Assembly: GCA_965116885.1 (NCBI GenBank)
Contig: OZ220741.1
Location: 2,144,001-2,208,000 of the forward strand
Source of the DNA: Candidatus Latescibacterota bacterium
Lineage (GTDB): Bacteria; Latescibacterota; UBA2968
Reading direction: 5' to 3'
DNA: 64,000 bases
The notes below the pieces were generated by a model, which worked only from the letters and a program-made list of their open reading frames with translations, did not search any database and had not been told where the DNA came from. Shown in pieces: positions 40,811-50,720 of the stretch. Both the position numbers and the translations under genes were made by a program. Each line of letters starts with the position of its first letter. The stretch's first letter is position 1.

Positions 40811-42070
40811 GTGTATGCTATCCGAGCCATGATCGGACTATGCCTCATGGGTATATCTATTTTACCTGTGCGGGCAGATGAACTGGAGTTGGATGCGTTG
40901 ATTCAGGAGGCTTTGGAAAATAATCCCAATTTGTCGGTTTTACGGGCGCGGTTGGCTGCTTTTGAAGCGAAAATTCCGCAGGCGGGGGCATTGGAAGATC
41001 CGTCTTTTCGTTTTGAGGTGAGCAATGTGCCGTTGAGCGATTTCAATTTGAGTAGTTCGCCGATGAGTGGGAATCAATTTGTGATCAGTCAGAAGTTTTC
41101 TTTGCCGGGGAAACAGCGGGCGCGCGAGCGATCAGCAGAGTTTGCTTCAGATTCTGTTGCATGGCTGTTGCGAGATCGAGAACTGGCAATTGCCAATGCG
41201 GTCAAGCAACCTTTTTTTGACCTGGCTTATGCGACCCGTGCTATTGCAATTATGGAAAAGAATCGGGTGTTGTTGCAAGATCTGGTTCGCATTGCCCGCA
41301 CGAAATACGCCGTTGGAAAAGGGTTGCAACAGGATGTGTTGAAAGCTCAGGTTTCGCTGTCGGCACTGGATACGGAGTTGATTGCTCTGCGGGCTAAAAA
41401 ACAATTGGCAGAGGCGCGTTTGAATCTGGTGTTGAACCGGTCTCCGCAAAGTCCTCTGGACGCGCCGCCAGATACTATTGGTCTTTCGGGTGTGCCGTTG
41501 ACGGTTGATGTCTTGCAAGCGCAAGCCGATGAGGCACATCCATCCCTGAAAGCTATGGATCAATCGATTTTGATGTGGCAAGCAGAGGTTGAGGTTGCGC
41601 GAAGAAATCTCTGGCCGGATATGACGGTGAGTTTGGGATATCGCCAGCGCGTGTTTGCGGCCAATGATCCGGTGAAAGGAAGCGATTTTATATCTGTTGG
41701 CGTCGGCATTCCATTGCCCGTATTTGGCGGACGCAAACAACGCCAGCAGATTGCAGAAGCGCGGGCCAATATGCGAGAGGTTGAAGCTCAAAAGGCCGCT
41801 GAACGCGAGCAGATTCACTACGAGATTCAGCGTCTAATTATTGAGGTCGGGCAACACCGGGAAAGTGCCGAGTTGTTTCGCACTGCGATGTTGCCCCAGG
41901 CAGAGCAGTCGCTGGCGTCGGCTTTGTCGGGATATCGGGTGGATAAGGTGGATTTTTTGACGTTGTTGAATAATCAGATGACGCTGTTGAATTTTGAGAT
42001 CGCACATTATCGACATGTAATTGAGCATGAAAAACGGGTGGCAGATCTGGCGGCGGCGGTGGGGCGTTAG
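40811..42070 (+). CDS. TolC-family outer membrane factor (CusC-like)
   Basis: Signal peptide, ALENNP, QAGALEDP, Y..GK...DVLKAQ, Y....DFL.LL; operon context. Confidence 0.9.
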   Translation: MYAIRAMIGLCLMGISILPVRADELELDALIQEALENNPNLSVLRARLAAFEAKIPQAGALEDPSFRFEVSNVPLSDFNLSSSPMSGNQFVISQKFSLPGKQRARERSAEFASDSVAWLLRDRELAIANAVKQPFFDLAYATRAIAIMEKNRVLLQDLVRIARTKYAVGKGLQQDVLKAQVSLSALDTELIALRAKKQLAEARLNLVLNRSPQSPLDAPPDTIGLSGVPLTVDVLQAQADEAHPSLKAMDQSILMWQAEVEVARRNLWPDMTVSLGYRQRVFAANDPVKGSDFISVGVGIPLPVFGGRKQRQQIAEARANMREVEAQKAAEREQIHYEIQRLIIEVGQHRESAELFRTAMLPQAEQSLASALSGYRVDKVDFLTLLNNQMTLLNFEIAHYRHVIEHEKRVADLAAAVGR

Positions 42071-42090
42071 GGGCAGGTTTAAAACCTGCC
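42068..42090 (+). repeat. REP-like palindrome overlapping TolC-family stop codon
   Basis: TAGgGGCAGGTTTaAAACCTGCC. Confidence 0.7.
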
Positions 42091-42102
42091 TGATCGTCTA
42101 AC

Positions 42103-42237
42103 GTAGGGGCAGTGCCCCCGTGCCTGCCCGTTTAAAGTAGGGGCAGTGCCCCCGTGCCTGCCCGTTTAAAGTAGGGGCAGTGCCCCCGTGCCTGCCCGTT
42201 TAAAGTAGGGGCAGTGCCCCCATGCCTGCCCGTTTAA
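42103..42237 (+). repeat. Tandem array, 4 x 34 bp GTAG-REP-like units, no spacers
   Basis: gtaggggcagtgcccccgtgcctgcccgtttaaa at 42103, 42137, 42171; fourth copy at 42205 has one substitution. Confidence 0.97.
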
Positions 42238-42251
42238 CAAGGAGTTGAGAC

Positions 42252-43640
42252 ATGAAATATCTCATTCCAATTCTATCATTGATTGTGGGATTTGTTGGTG
42301 GGGTCTGGATTTCGGGAGATACGCATACAGAGCAGGTACAGGCGTTGGAAACATATATTTGTCCGATGCATCCGACGGTGGTATCGGATAAGCCGGGTAG
42401 TTGTCCCATTTGTGGTATGGATCTGGTAGTGAAAGAGGTGGATGGTGGGCACGGTCATAAGATGCAGGCGGATCACGAGACATATATTTGTCCGATGCAT
42501 CCGACGGTGGTGTCGGATAAGCCCGGGTCTTGTCCAATCTGTGGTATGGATCTGGTGGTGAAGGAGGCTGATGCGTCGTCAGTTCAGGATGGAAGCGTGC
42601 AGATTGATCCTGTGACGATTCAGAATATTGGTGTGAAGACGATGGTGGTGGAAAAGCAACCTTTGACGCGGACGGTGCGCGCGGTGGGCAGGGTGGATTA
42701 TGACGAGACGCGGATTATGGATGTGAATAGCAAGATTGCGGGGTGGGTTGAGCAGTTGTATGTGGATTATACCGGTCAGTGGGTGAAAAAGGGGCAGCCT
42801 TTGCTGGCGCTTTACAGCCCTGAACTGGTCACGGCGCAGGAGGAGTATTTGACGGCTCTGGATTATGCGGAGAGAATGCGCGGGGGGGTGGATCGAGATG
42901 TGGCGCAAAGTGCCGATGATTTGCTCGTTGCTGCGCGACAAAGGTTGTTGTACTGGGATATTTCGGCGGGTCAGATTGCGGAGTTGGAAAAGACGCGACA
43001 GGTTGGGCGAACAATGCCCATTCTGGCTCCTCGTTCGGGGATTGTGACGCATAAAGATGTGCTGGAAGGGGCGCATATCGGGTCGGGTCAACATCTGTAT
43101 CGCATTGCGGATCTGTCTGTGGTGTGGATTTATGCAGATGTGTACGAATACGAGATGCCGTGGGTTTCCAGAGGGCAGCGCGCAGAGGTGTCGCTGTCTT
43201 ATTTGCCGGGTGAGCAATTTGAAGGCAAAGTGGATTATATTTTTCCTTTTATGAATGAAAAGACGCGCACGGTTCAAGTGCGGATGGTTTTTGACAATGC
43301 AGATGGCGCGCTTAAACCGGATATGTATGCCGATGTGGTGATTCGTTCCGAGGTGGGGCGTGAGGGCGTTGTGATACCTGTTCAGGCGGTGATTCATTCG
43401 GGGACGCGCAGGGTTGTTGTGATGGCTCACGGAAACGGCAGGTTTGAACCGCGCGGGATTCATATCGGGGTGGAGACCGAGGATGGCTATGAGGTCATGC
43501 ACGGGCTAAATCCGGGGGAGCAGATTGTGACTTCGGCGCAATTTTTGATCGATTCAGAGAGCAATTTAAAGGCTGCACTGGCGGGGATGCTTGGAGATCC
43601 TGTGAAACATGGTGGACATAGTGGACATGGTGGACATTGA
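42252..43640 (+). CDS. cusB: Heavy-metal RND periplasmic adaptor (CusB-like) with two heavy-metal-binding repeats
   Basis: YICPMHP...PGSCPICGMDLV twice; YSPEL..AQEEY, LKPDMY, FLIDSES; His-rich tail. Confidence 0.88.
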   Translation: MKYLIPILSLIVGFVGGVWISGDTHTEQVQALETYICPMHPTVVSDKPGSCPICGMDLVVKEVDGGHGHKMQADHETYICPMHPTVVSDKPGSCPICGMDLVVKEADASSVQDGSVQIDPVTIQNIGVKTMVVEKQPLTRTVRAVGRVDYDETRIMDVNSKIAGWVEQLYVDYTGQWVKKGQPLLALYSPELVTAQEEYLTALDYAERMRGGVDRDVAQSADDLLVAARQRLLYWDISAGQIAELEKTRQVGRTMPILAPRSGIVTHKDVLEGAHIGSGQHLYRIADLSVVWIYADVYEYEMPWVSRGQRAEVSLSYLPGEQFEGKVDYIFPFMNEKTRTVQVRMVFDNADGALKPDMYADVVIRSEVGREGVVIPVQAVIHSGTRRVVVMAHGNGRFEPRGIHIGVETEDGYEVMHGLNPGEQIVTSAQFLIDSESNLKAALAGMLGDPVKHGGHSGHGGH

Positions 43641-43669
43641 GGCGCGCATTTTGAGGAGGTTGGAACGCG

Positions 43670-46600
43670 ATGCTAAATCGAATTATTGAAGCGAGTGTCG
43701 AGAATCGGTTCCTGGTGGTGATCGCTACTTTGATGGTGATTGGATGGGGGGTGTACGCGATGCTGAATACGCCACTGGATGCGATTCCCGATTTGTCGGA
43801 TGTGCAGGTGATCGTGTTTAGCGAATATCCGGGTCAGGCGCCGCAGGTGGTGGAGGATCAGGTGACGTATCCGCTGACGACTGCGATGCTGTCCGTGCCT
43901 TATGCAAAGACGGTGCGGGGATATTCGTTTTTTGGCATTTCTTATGTGTATGTGATTTTTGAGGATGGTACGGATATGTATTGGGCGCGCAGTCGGGTGT
44001 TGGAGTATCTCAATTCCGCGTCTGATAGATTGCCGCAGGGGGTGACGCCAAAGCTGGGGCCAGATGCGACGGGTGTGGGTTGGGTTTATCAATATACGGT
44101 GCTGGATACGACTGGAAGATACGATCTTTCGGAGTTGAGGTCGATTCAGGATTGGTATTTGCGATATGAGTTGAGCAGTGTGCAGGGCGTGTCAGAGGTG
44201 GCGTCTGTGGGTGGATTTGTGAAGCAGTACCAGGTGGTTGTAGATCCCAATCGCTTGCTGGCATACAATATTCCCTTGCAGAAGATTCGGATGGCGATTC
44301 AGCGCAGCAATAATGATGTGGGGGGGCGGCTGGTCGAACTGGCAGAGACGGAATTTATGGTGCGTGGGCTGGGGTATATCCAGTCTGTGGCGGATATAGA
44401 GCAGATTGCTCTGGGTGTGGATGAACACGGTACGCCGATTCGCGTAAAAGATGTTGCGACTGTGCAGGTGGGGCCAGAACTCAGAAGGGGATTGGCCGAG
44501 TGGAATGGCGAGGGGGAGGTGGTGGGGGGAATTGTGGTAATGCGGTATGGGGACAATGCGCTCAAAGTTATCGATCGGGTGAAAGAGAAGATGGAATCGC
44601 TCAAACCCGGTCTTCCCGAGGGCGTGGTGGTGGTCGCCAATTACGATCGCTCGGCGCTTATTCTGCGCGCGGTTGATCATTTGCAGAAGAAGCTGATTGA
44701 AGAGATCGCGATCGTGGCTGTGGTGTGTATTGTTTTTTTGCTCCATTTTCGCAGTGCTTTTGTGGCTGTTTTCACATTGCCGATGGGGATTTTAATTGCG
44801 TTTGCCGCGATGTATCACCAGGGTGTCAATTCGAATATTATGTCTCTTGGGGGTATTGCAATTGCTATTGGGGCGATGGTGGATGCCGCTATTGTGATGA
44901 TTGAAAATGCACACAAGCATATCGAACGCGATGGCGGGACAAAGTCGCATAGTGAGATGATTATCGCCGCTTCGAAAGAGGTGGGGCCTGCGCTGTTTTT
45001 TTCGCTGTTGATTATTACGCTGTCGTTTTTGCCGGTTTTTACACTGGAGGCGCAGGAGGGGCGGTTGTTTAAGCCGCTCGCATATACCAAAACTTATGCT
45101 ATGGCGGCGGCGGCATTTTTGGCGATTACGGTTGTGCCGGTGCTGATGACTTTTTTTGTGCGCGGCAAAATTCGATCTGAGGCGAAGAATCCCATCAGTC
45201 GTGTGTTGATCTATCTGTACCGGCCCGTGATTGATTGGGTGTTGCGACATCGGGTGCTGACTGTGGTGTTGGGCGGGTTGGTGTTGTTTGTGACGGTGTT
45301 TCCTTTTCGGGATATTGTGGTGTCGCGTTTTTCGGATCGGCCGCAGAGTTTGACTTATAAGGCATTGGTGAAGTTGGACGCGCTGTTTCCTATGGAAAAA
45401 ATTGGATCGGAATTTATGCCGCCTCTGTACGAGGGCGATCTGTTGTATATGCCCACGACATTGCCAGGGATATCGATTACGAAGGCGCGGGCGTTGTTGC
45501 AACAGACCGATAAAATTATTCGCACTTTTCCCGAGGTTGAACACGTATTTGGCAAAATTGGTCGGGCGGAGACGGCGACAGACCCGGCGCCGCTGTCGAT
45601 GATTGAGACGACGATTATGCTCAAGCCCGAGTCCGAGTGGCGAGAAGGGATGACGCCTCAGAAATTAATTCGGGAATTGAATCAGGCGGTGAAATTTCCG
45701 GGATTGACCAATGCGTGGACTATGCCGATTAAGACGCGCATCGATATGCTTTCAACGGGTATTAAGACGCCTGTGGGTATCAAGGTGGTGGGGGATGATC
45801 TGGAGACATTGCAGATGTTGGGCGAGAAGATCGAGACGGTGGTGCGCGATTTGCCGGGTACGCTGAGTGTGTTTGCCGAGCGGGCTGCGGGTGGCAATTA
45901 TCTGGATTTTGAGATCGATAGGCAGGCTGCTGCGCGTTATGGGCTGACGGTTGGGGATGTGCAGGATGTTATTATGTCGGCGTTGGGCGGGATGAATATT
46001 ACGCATACTGTAGAGGGTTTGGAGCGCTATCCGGTGAATTTGCGTTATGGCCGAGAGTTGCGCGACAATTTGCCCGCGCTTCGGCGCGTGCTGGTGCCCA
46101 CGCCGATGGGGGCGCAGATTCCCATTGGACAGTTAGCAGATCTTCACATTCGGAAGGGTCCACCGGGTATTAAGAGCGAGAATGCGCGGTTAAATGCGTG
46201 GGTCTATGTCGATATTGAAGGCGTGGATGTGGGGACTTATGTCGCGCGGGCGCAACAGGCGGTGTTGGAGCAGGTGCAGATGCCACCTGGATACACCGCG
46301 ATCTGGAGCGGTCAGTATGAATATATGTTGCGGGCAGAGAGAAAGTTGAAGGTTGTGGTGCCCGTGACGCTGGCGATCATTTTTGTGCTGTTGTATCTGA
46401 ATTTTAGAAATGTGACTGAGACCGCGATTGTGATGCTTTCACTGCCTTTTGCTCTGGTCGGTGGGATATGGTTGATGTATATTTTGGATTACGATATGAG
46501 CATTGCCGTGGGGGTTGGGTTTATCGCGCTGGCGGGATTGGCTGCCGAGACAGGGGTGGTGATGCTGATTTATCTGGATCAGGCTTATGATAGTATTAGA

Positions 46601-46894
46601 CGCGAAAAAGGCGATGTTTTGACGCTGGCGGACTTAAACCAGGCGGTGATGTCCGGTGCTGTGGAGCGGGTGCGTCCCAAGTTGATGACGGTGTTTTCAA
46701 CGATGATGGGTCTGTTGCCGATTATGTGGTCAACGGGTACGGGGTCCGAGGCGATGAAGCGCATTGCTGCGCCTATGGTGGGAGGGATGGTGTCATCGAC
46801 GATTTTGACGCTGCTGGTGATTCCGGCGATTTATGCGTTGTGGAAAGAGAGAAGGGTATCCGCAGATGACGCAGAAAAAACGCGAGTAATTTGA
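43670..46894 (+). CDS. cusA: Heavy-metal RND permease (CusA/SilA-like, Cu/Ag)
   Basis: DAIPDLSDVQVI, GPDATGVGW, GAMVDAAIVM, EFMPPL.EG, PAPLSMIET, RIDMLSTG, RVRPKLMT. Confidence 0.95.
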   Translation: MLNRIIEASVENRFLVVIATLMVIGWGVYAMLNTPLDAIPDLSDVQVIVFSEYPGQAPQVVEDQVTYPLTTAMLSVPYAKTVRGYSFFGISYVYVIFEDGTDMYWARSRVLEYLNSASDRLPQGVTPKLGPDATGVGWVYQYTVLDTTGRYDLSELRSIQDWYLRYELSSVQGVSEVASVGGFVKQYQVVVDPNRLLAYNIPLQKIRMAIQRSNNDVGGRLVELAETEFMVRGLGYIQSVADIEQIALGVDEHGTPIRVKDVATVQVGPELRRGLAEWNGEGEVVGGIVVMRYGDNALKVIDRVKEKMESLKPGLPEGVVVVANYDRSALILRAVDHLQKKLIEEIAIVAVVCIVFLLHFRSAFVAVFTLPMGILIAFAAMYHQGVNSNIMSLGGIAIAIGAMVDAAIVMIENAHKHIERDGGTKSHSEMIIAASKEVGPALFFSLLIITLSFLPVFTLEAQEGRLFKPLAYTKTYAMAAAAFLAITVVPVLMTFFVRGKIRSEAKNPISRVLIYLYRPVIDWVLRHRVLTVVLGGLVLFVTVFPFRDIVVSRFSDRPQSLTYKALVKLDALFPMEKIGSEFMPPLYEGDLLYMPTTLPGISITKARALLQQTDKIIRTFPEVEHVFGKIGRAETATDPAPLSMIETTIMLKPESEWREGMTPQKLIRELNQAVKFPGLTNAWTMPIKTRIDMLSTGIKTPVGIKVVGDDLETLQMLGEKIETVVRDLPGTLSVFAERAAGGNYLDFEIDRQAAARYGLTVGDVQDVIMSALGGMNITHTVEGLERYPVNLRYGRELRDNLPALRRVLVPTPMGAQIPIGQLADLHIRKGPPGIKSENARLNAWVYVDIEGVDVGTYVARAQQAVLEQVQMPPGYTAIWSGQYEYMLRAERKLKVVVPVTLAIIFVLLYLNFRNVTETAIVMLSLPFALVGGIWLMYILDYDMSIAVGVGFIALAGLAAETGVVMLIYLDQAYDSIRREKGDVLTLADLNQAVMSGAVERVRPKLMTVFSTMMGLLPIMWSTGTGSEAMKRIAAPMVGGMVSSTILTLLVIPAIYALWKERRVSADDAEKTRVI

Positions 46895-46921
46895 GCGTTT
46901 TACGCAGATGAAAGGCGAAAT

Positions 46922-46946
46922 GTAGGGGTGGGTTTTTAACCCACCC
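46922..46946 (+). repeat. GTAG-family REP palindrome
   Basis: GTAGGGGTGGGTTtttAACCCACCC. Confidence 0.8.
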
Positions 46947-46987
46947 GATGTAAACCCCAGAATCATTCACTTTTCAGGAGGTGTGTT

Positions 46988-47341
46988 ATGAAGTCTCGTA
47001 TTTTTGCATTATTGGTCATTGGCGCGACAGCTATAGGCATGGCTGGCTGGATCGGCTGTTCGTCAAAGTCGGAGGCGACGACTGTCGAGGTGAAGTTGTC
47101 AACGATGCAGTGCGCTATGTGCTCGAATACCATAGAGGAAGCACTGAAAGAGGTTGATGGCGTTCAGAGCGTGGAAGTCAATCTGGAGGCGAAAACGGCG
47201 AAGGTGACGTTTGATGCTAAGGCGACCAGTGTTCCCGCTTTGGAGCAGGCTGTTGTCAAGACGGGTTATGCGGCTAATGACAAAAAGGCCGACGCCGATG
47301 CGTATGCAAAGTTGCCCAGTTGCTGCCAGGTTCCTGAGTAA
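46988..47341 (+). CDS. Exported heavy-metal-associated (HMA) domain protein
   Basis: WIGC lipobox-like, MQCAMC, VDGV, C-terminal LPSCC. Confidence 0.9.
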   Translation: MKSRIFALLVIGATAIGMAGWIGCSSKSEATTVEVKLSTMQCAMCSNTIEEALKEVDGVQSVEVNLEAKTAKVTFDAKATSVPALEQAVVKTGYAANDKKADADAYAKLPSCCQVPE

Positions 47342-47354
47342 TAATTGTTGGATC

Positions 47355-47392
47355 AAAGCTCCGGATGTTTTGATGCATTCGGGGCTTTTTTT
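47355..47392. terminator. Intrinsic terminator, probably bidirectional
   Basis: aaagctccggatg...cattcggggcttt followed by T run. Confidence 0.75.
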
Positions 47393-48530
47393 ATAACTGT
47401 GCAACACCCAGCCCCAGCAATGCCAGAGTGATAGCCGATAAGACGCCCAATATTACCGGTTTTATACCGCCTGCTTTCATTGCAGCAAATGCCGTAGATA
47501 ATCCCACCCCGGCCATCGCGCAGATAATAATCCACTTGCCGCTCTGGCTCAATAGGCCAGCGAGATCTATATGCCGGTCTCCTGCACCAAACACAAATTG
47601 TTCGGATAAATGTAATGTCACTTCTGGCAAAAAGCCCAGGGTTCGCAGCAGTGCCATTGCCAGAAACAATACGACAAAACCCGGGACCAGCCTGGAATAA
47701 CGCACTGGTTCATCGATATAAATCGCGTGTCGCTGCGTATAAGCAAACCACGCTCCCAGCACAAATACGACAGGTCCCAAAAGTGAAATGCGCACCAGTT
47801 TGACAATGGTCGCCATTTCCCCCGCTGTCTGCCCATCTCCTGCATGCGCGAATCCCGCGGCAATGACCTGTGGTGTTGCGTGAATGCCCAATCCACACCA
47901 GATGCCATATACTTCTGCATCCAGCATTGCCAGAGATCCAACCACGGGAAATATCAGCATCGCCACTACGCCCAGCAGATTGATCACTCCGACCGAATAC
48001 GTTATGTCTTCGTTGTTGGCTTTGATCAGGGGCGCAAGGGCTACAATGGCAGAACTTCCGCAAACTCCTGTGCCCACACCAATCAATAGTCCCATTTTTT
48101 TTTCGATGTTAAACCAGCGCGATATTAGATGGGTGAATGCAACAATTACCGCAATCAACACGGCCGCACCGATCAGGACCTGCACTGCGACGCGAATCAA
48201 ATCGTAAAAATCCAGTCGTGCACCCAGGAGCACAATTCCAACGGGTAGCCACTTTTGCACCACTGTATCTATGCCGGGCTTCAGTTTTGCCGTTGACGGC
48301 ATCACATTGCACAATAGCATGCCCAATAACAATGCCAGTAATACTGCGCTCAGGGGATGTTGGCCCGAGGACAGTGTAAATGGCGGAAAGGGCAATGTGT
48401 TTAAATATATTGCTGCCCACGACAAGATTACACATACCCCAATGCCTGGCCAGGGACTTTCTTTGGGCCAGATAGAGAGTTTTTTGCGAAATTGCGCTTC
48501 AAATGATCGCTCTTTCCCGCTCAGGTTCAT
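47391..48530 (-). CDS. YeiH-family membrane protein (putative sulfate exporter)
   Basis: GIVLLG, GTGVCGSSAI.A, IH..PQV.AA, KLVR, AMAGVGL. Confidence 0.9.
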   Translation of the reverse strand: MNLSGKERSFEAQFRKKLSIWPKESPWPGIGVCVILSWAAIYLNTLPFPPFTLSSGQHPLSAVLLALLLGMLLCNVMPSTAKLKPGIDTVVQKWLPVGIVLLGARLDFYDLIRVAVQVLIGAAVLIAVIVAFTHLISRWFNIEKKMGLLIGVGTGVCGSSAIVALAPLIKANNEDITYSVGVINLLGVVAMLIFPVVGSLAMLDAEVYGIWCGLGIHATPQVIAAGFAHAGDGQTAGEMATIVKLVRISLLGPVVFVLGAWFAYTQRHAIYIDEPVRYSRLVPGFVVLFLAMALLRTLGFLPEVTLHLSEQFVFGAGDRHIDLAGLLSQSGKWIIICAMAGVGLSTAFAAMKAGGIKPVILGVLSAITLALLGLGVAQL

Positions 48531-48542
48531 ACCTTCATTTCC

Positions 48543-49502
48543 CTATAGAAGCGCGTTTACATTTTGCACTTCGTCGCGCCGAAAATATTCTTCAATACTG
48601 AAGTATCGGGTTCCCGTATCACACAGTACTGTCACGACTACGTCATCGCTCGAAAGTCTCTGGGCCACGCGCCGGGCTGCCAGTACATTTGCCCCCGAAG
48701 AAATTCCGACCAATAGTGCCTCTTCTCGCGCCAGAGTTTCCGTCATGTCAAATGCCTCGCGGTCCTCTATTGTGATTACTTCATCCAGTATATTGCAATT
48801 TAAGATCGATGGAATAAATCCCGCTCCAATTCCCTCGATCGCGTGCGGCCCCCGGCTTTTACCACTCAATACAGCCGAACCCGCAGGCTCAACAGCTACT
48901 ACTTTTGCACCTGGTACTTCTGCTTTGAGGACCTCACCCACACCCGTTATTGTCCCACCTGTCCCTACTCCCGACACAAAAGCCGTTATCTTTCCTCCTG
49001 TTTCTTTTACAATTTCTGGCCCTGTGGTCTGTCGATGCGCTTCTGGATTGGCCGGATTGTCGAACTGCTTTAACTCAATGCAATTTGCATTCTTTTTTGC
49101 GATCTCCTGCGCCCGCTGTTTTGCGCCGTCCATATCGCCCGAGCCGGGTGTGATGACCACTTCGGCTCCGTATCTGGTCACCAGTGCCCGCCGTTCAAAA
49201 CTCATTGTTTCAGGCATTGTCAATACCAGCCGATATTTGAGTTTGGCACATAACATCGCCAGGCCGATCCCGGTATTTCCACTGGTCGCCTCTACAATGG
49301 TCATGCCGGGTTTGAGTGTTTTGGTTTTCTCTGCATCTCGAATCATACTTAGCGCGATGCGGTCTTTTACGCTGCCACCCGGATTGAGATATTCCATCTT
49401 GGCCAGAATGGTAGCGCCCCCCGCTGGCGATAAATTCTCTAACCGAATCATCGGCGTTCCACCAATGATATCGGAAACGCGACCTACAATTGTATCTGGC
49501 AT
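48543..49502 (-). CDS. cysK: Cysteine synthase A
   Basis: IGGTP, NPGGSVKDR, EATSGNTG, QFDNPAN, GVGTGGT, GISSGA. Confidence 0.95.
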   Translation of the reverse strand: MPDTIVGRVSDIIGGTPMIRLENLSPAGGATILAKMEYLNPGGSVKDRIALSMIRDAEKTKTLKPGMTIVEATSGNTGIGLAMLCAKLKYRLVLTMPETMSFERRALVTRYGAEVVITPGSGDMDGAKQRAQEIAKKNANCIELKQFDNPANPEAHRQTTGPEIVKETGGKITAFVSGVGTGGTITGVGEVLKAEVPGAKVVAVEPAGSAVLSGKSRGPHAIEGIGAGFIPSILNCNILDEVITIEDREAFDMTETLAREEALLVGISSGANVLAARRVAQRLSSDDVVVTVLCDTGTRYFSIEEYFRRDEVQNVNALL

Positions 49503-49742
49503 AGTATTCTCCCTTGAAGTACATCCGACGCGAAGGGGTGAGAAATACGAGGTGTGCGCCGGTGTGACAATATAATTCTCAATGGTAAAAAATAAACAGG
49601 TTTATGGGTATTGAGATTTAGAGGTTGGGAGGTTTTTTGAATCAGTTGTGTCTTGAATTATTCACAGGTGATGAGTATATTCGGTTCGGAATATTCTTCA
49701 GTCTGGCGAGATACCTGGATATGCAGGTTAAAGGAGGGATTT

Positions 49743-50651
49743 ATGGCTCTTGCGATGACAGAGCAGCAAGAGAGAGATTTTGATGAGAAGGGATTTGTTA
49801 TTCTTGAGGATTTTTTTACTCAGGATGAGGTCAATCGGCTTTTGCTGGCTATTGATGAGGTGGCAGAGCGGATTCGAGAGGCCGAGGGCCTGGGGCCTGA
49901 TGATCCTTTTGCCGTGCGCAATGCCCTGTCGCAGCACGAGGCGTTTCTCGATTTGGTCGATCATCCGCGCATGTTGCCTCTGGTGGTGGATGCAATTGGC
50001 TGGAATATTCAGATTCGTACCACGCATCTGGATTATCGACCGCCGTATCCCGAGGGTTTGAAAGCAGGCGATGTTGGCGTTGGCAAGGGCGAAGATCAGG
50101 AGGTTGGGTACCGCAATGTGGCTTGGCATCCCGATTTGGCGAGCGATATGCTATTCTTGGGGCCTTCGCTCGATGGACGTCTCCCGTTTATGGAGATTAA
50201 GGTTTTTTACGTGCTTTACGATATGACTGAATCCAATTGTGGCAATCTGTGGTTGGTGCCGGGTAGTCACAAGCGCAAGCCCGAAGAGTTGCGGGAAATG
50301 GGGCGCGAGGTCAATCCAGAAGAGGCGGTTGAGCTCAAGTTGCGGGCTGGTTCTGCGGTGTTGTGGCGAACCGCGGTGTGGCACTGTGTGGGTCCCAATT
50401 TGTCGAGAAAAACGCGGAAGATTATGCATGTGGGGTATAATTACCGATGGCTTCGTCCGACCGATTATATCGAGCAGGATGCCGATCTTATTGAACGAAG
50501 TTCGCCAATTCGGCGTCAGTTGTTGGGCGCGCTGGCTTCGGGAAAAGATCCGCTGGGACCAGAACCCGATTTTCACCCTTCGTCACAATACTGGCTGACT
50601 AAGAATTGGGATGATGTTCCGTTGCGAGCGTGGTCACAGGCGCGAGCTTAA
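49743..50651 (+). CDS. Phytanoyl-CoA dioxygenase (PhyH) family Fe/2OG enzyme
   Basis: FDEKGFVILEDF, WHPD, LVPGSH, VWH; AAGGAGG RBS. Confidence 0.87.
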   Translation: MALAMTEQQERDFDEKGFVILEDFFTQDEVNRLLLAIDEVAERIREAEGLGPDDPFAVRNALSQHEAFLDLVDHPRMLPLVVDAIGWNIQIRTTHLDYRPPYPEGLKAGDVGVGKGEDQEVGYRNVAWHPDLASDMLFLGPSLDGRLPFMEIKVFYVLYDMTESNCGNLWLVPGSHKRKPEELREMGREVNPEEAVELKLRAGSAVLWRTAVWHCVGPNLSRKTRKIMHVGYNYRWLRPTDYIEQDADLIERSSPIRRQLLGALASGKDPLGPEPDFHPSSQYWLTKNWDDVPLRAWSQARA

Positions 50652-50664
50652 ATGTTAAAAAATA

Positions 50665-50692
50665 AAACCCCAGGAGTGTGTTTCTGGGGTTT
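50665..50692. terminator. Terminator-like hairpin between convergent genes
   Basis: aaaccccagga...ttctggggttt with upstream A run. Confidence 0.65.
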
Positions 50693-50720
50693 GTGGTGTG
50701 TCGGGTGCTATTTTTGATTA

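Noticed and set aside
42103..42237. CRISPR array
   Set aside because: The 34-bp units are directly adjacent with no unique spacers, and there are no cas genes in the window
48271..49575. 434-aa plus-strand ORF
   Set aside because: Antisense shadow of cysK and the YeiH-family gene with no recognisable motifs
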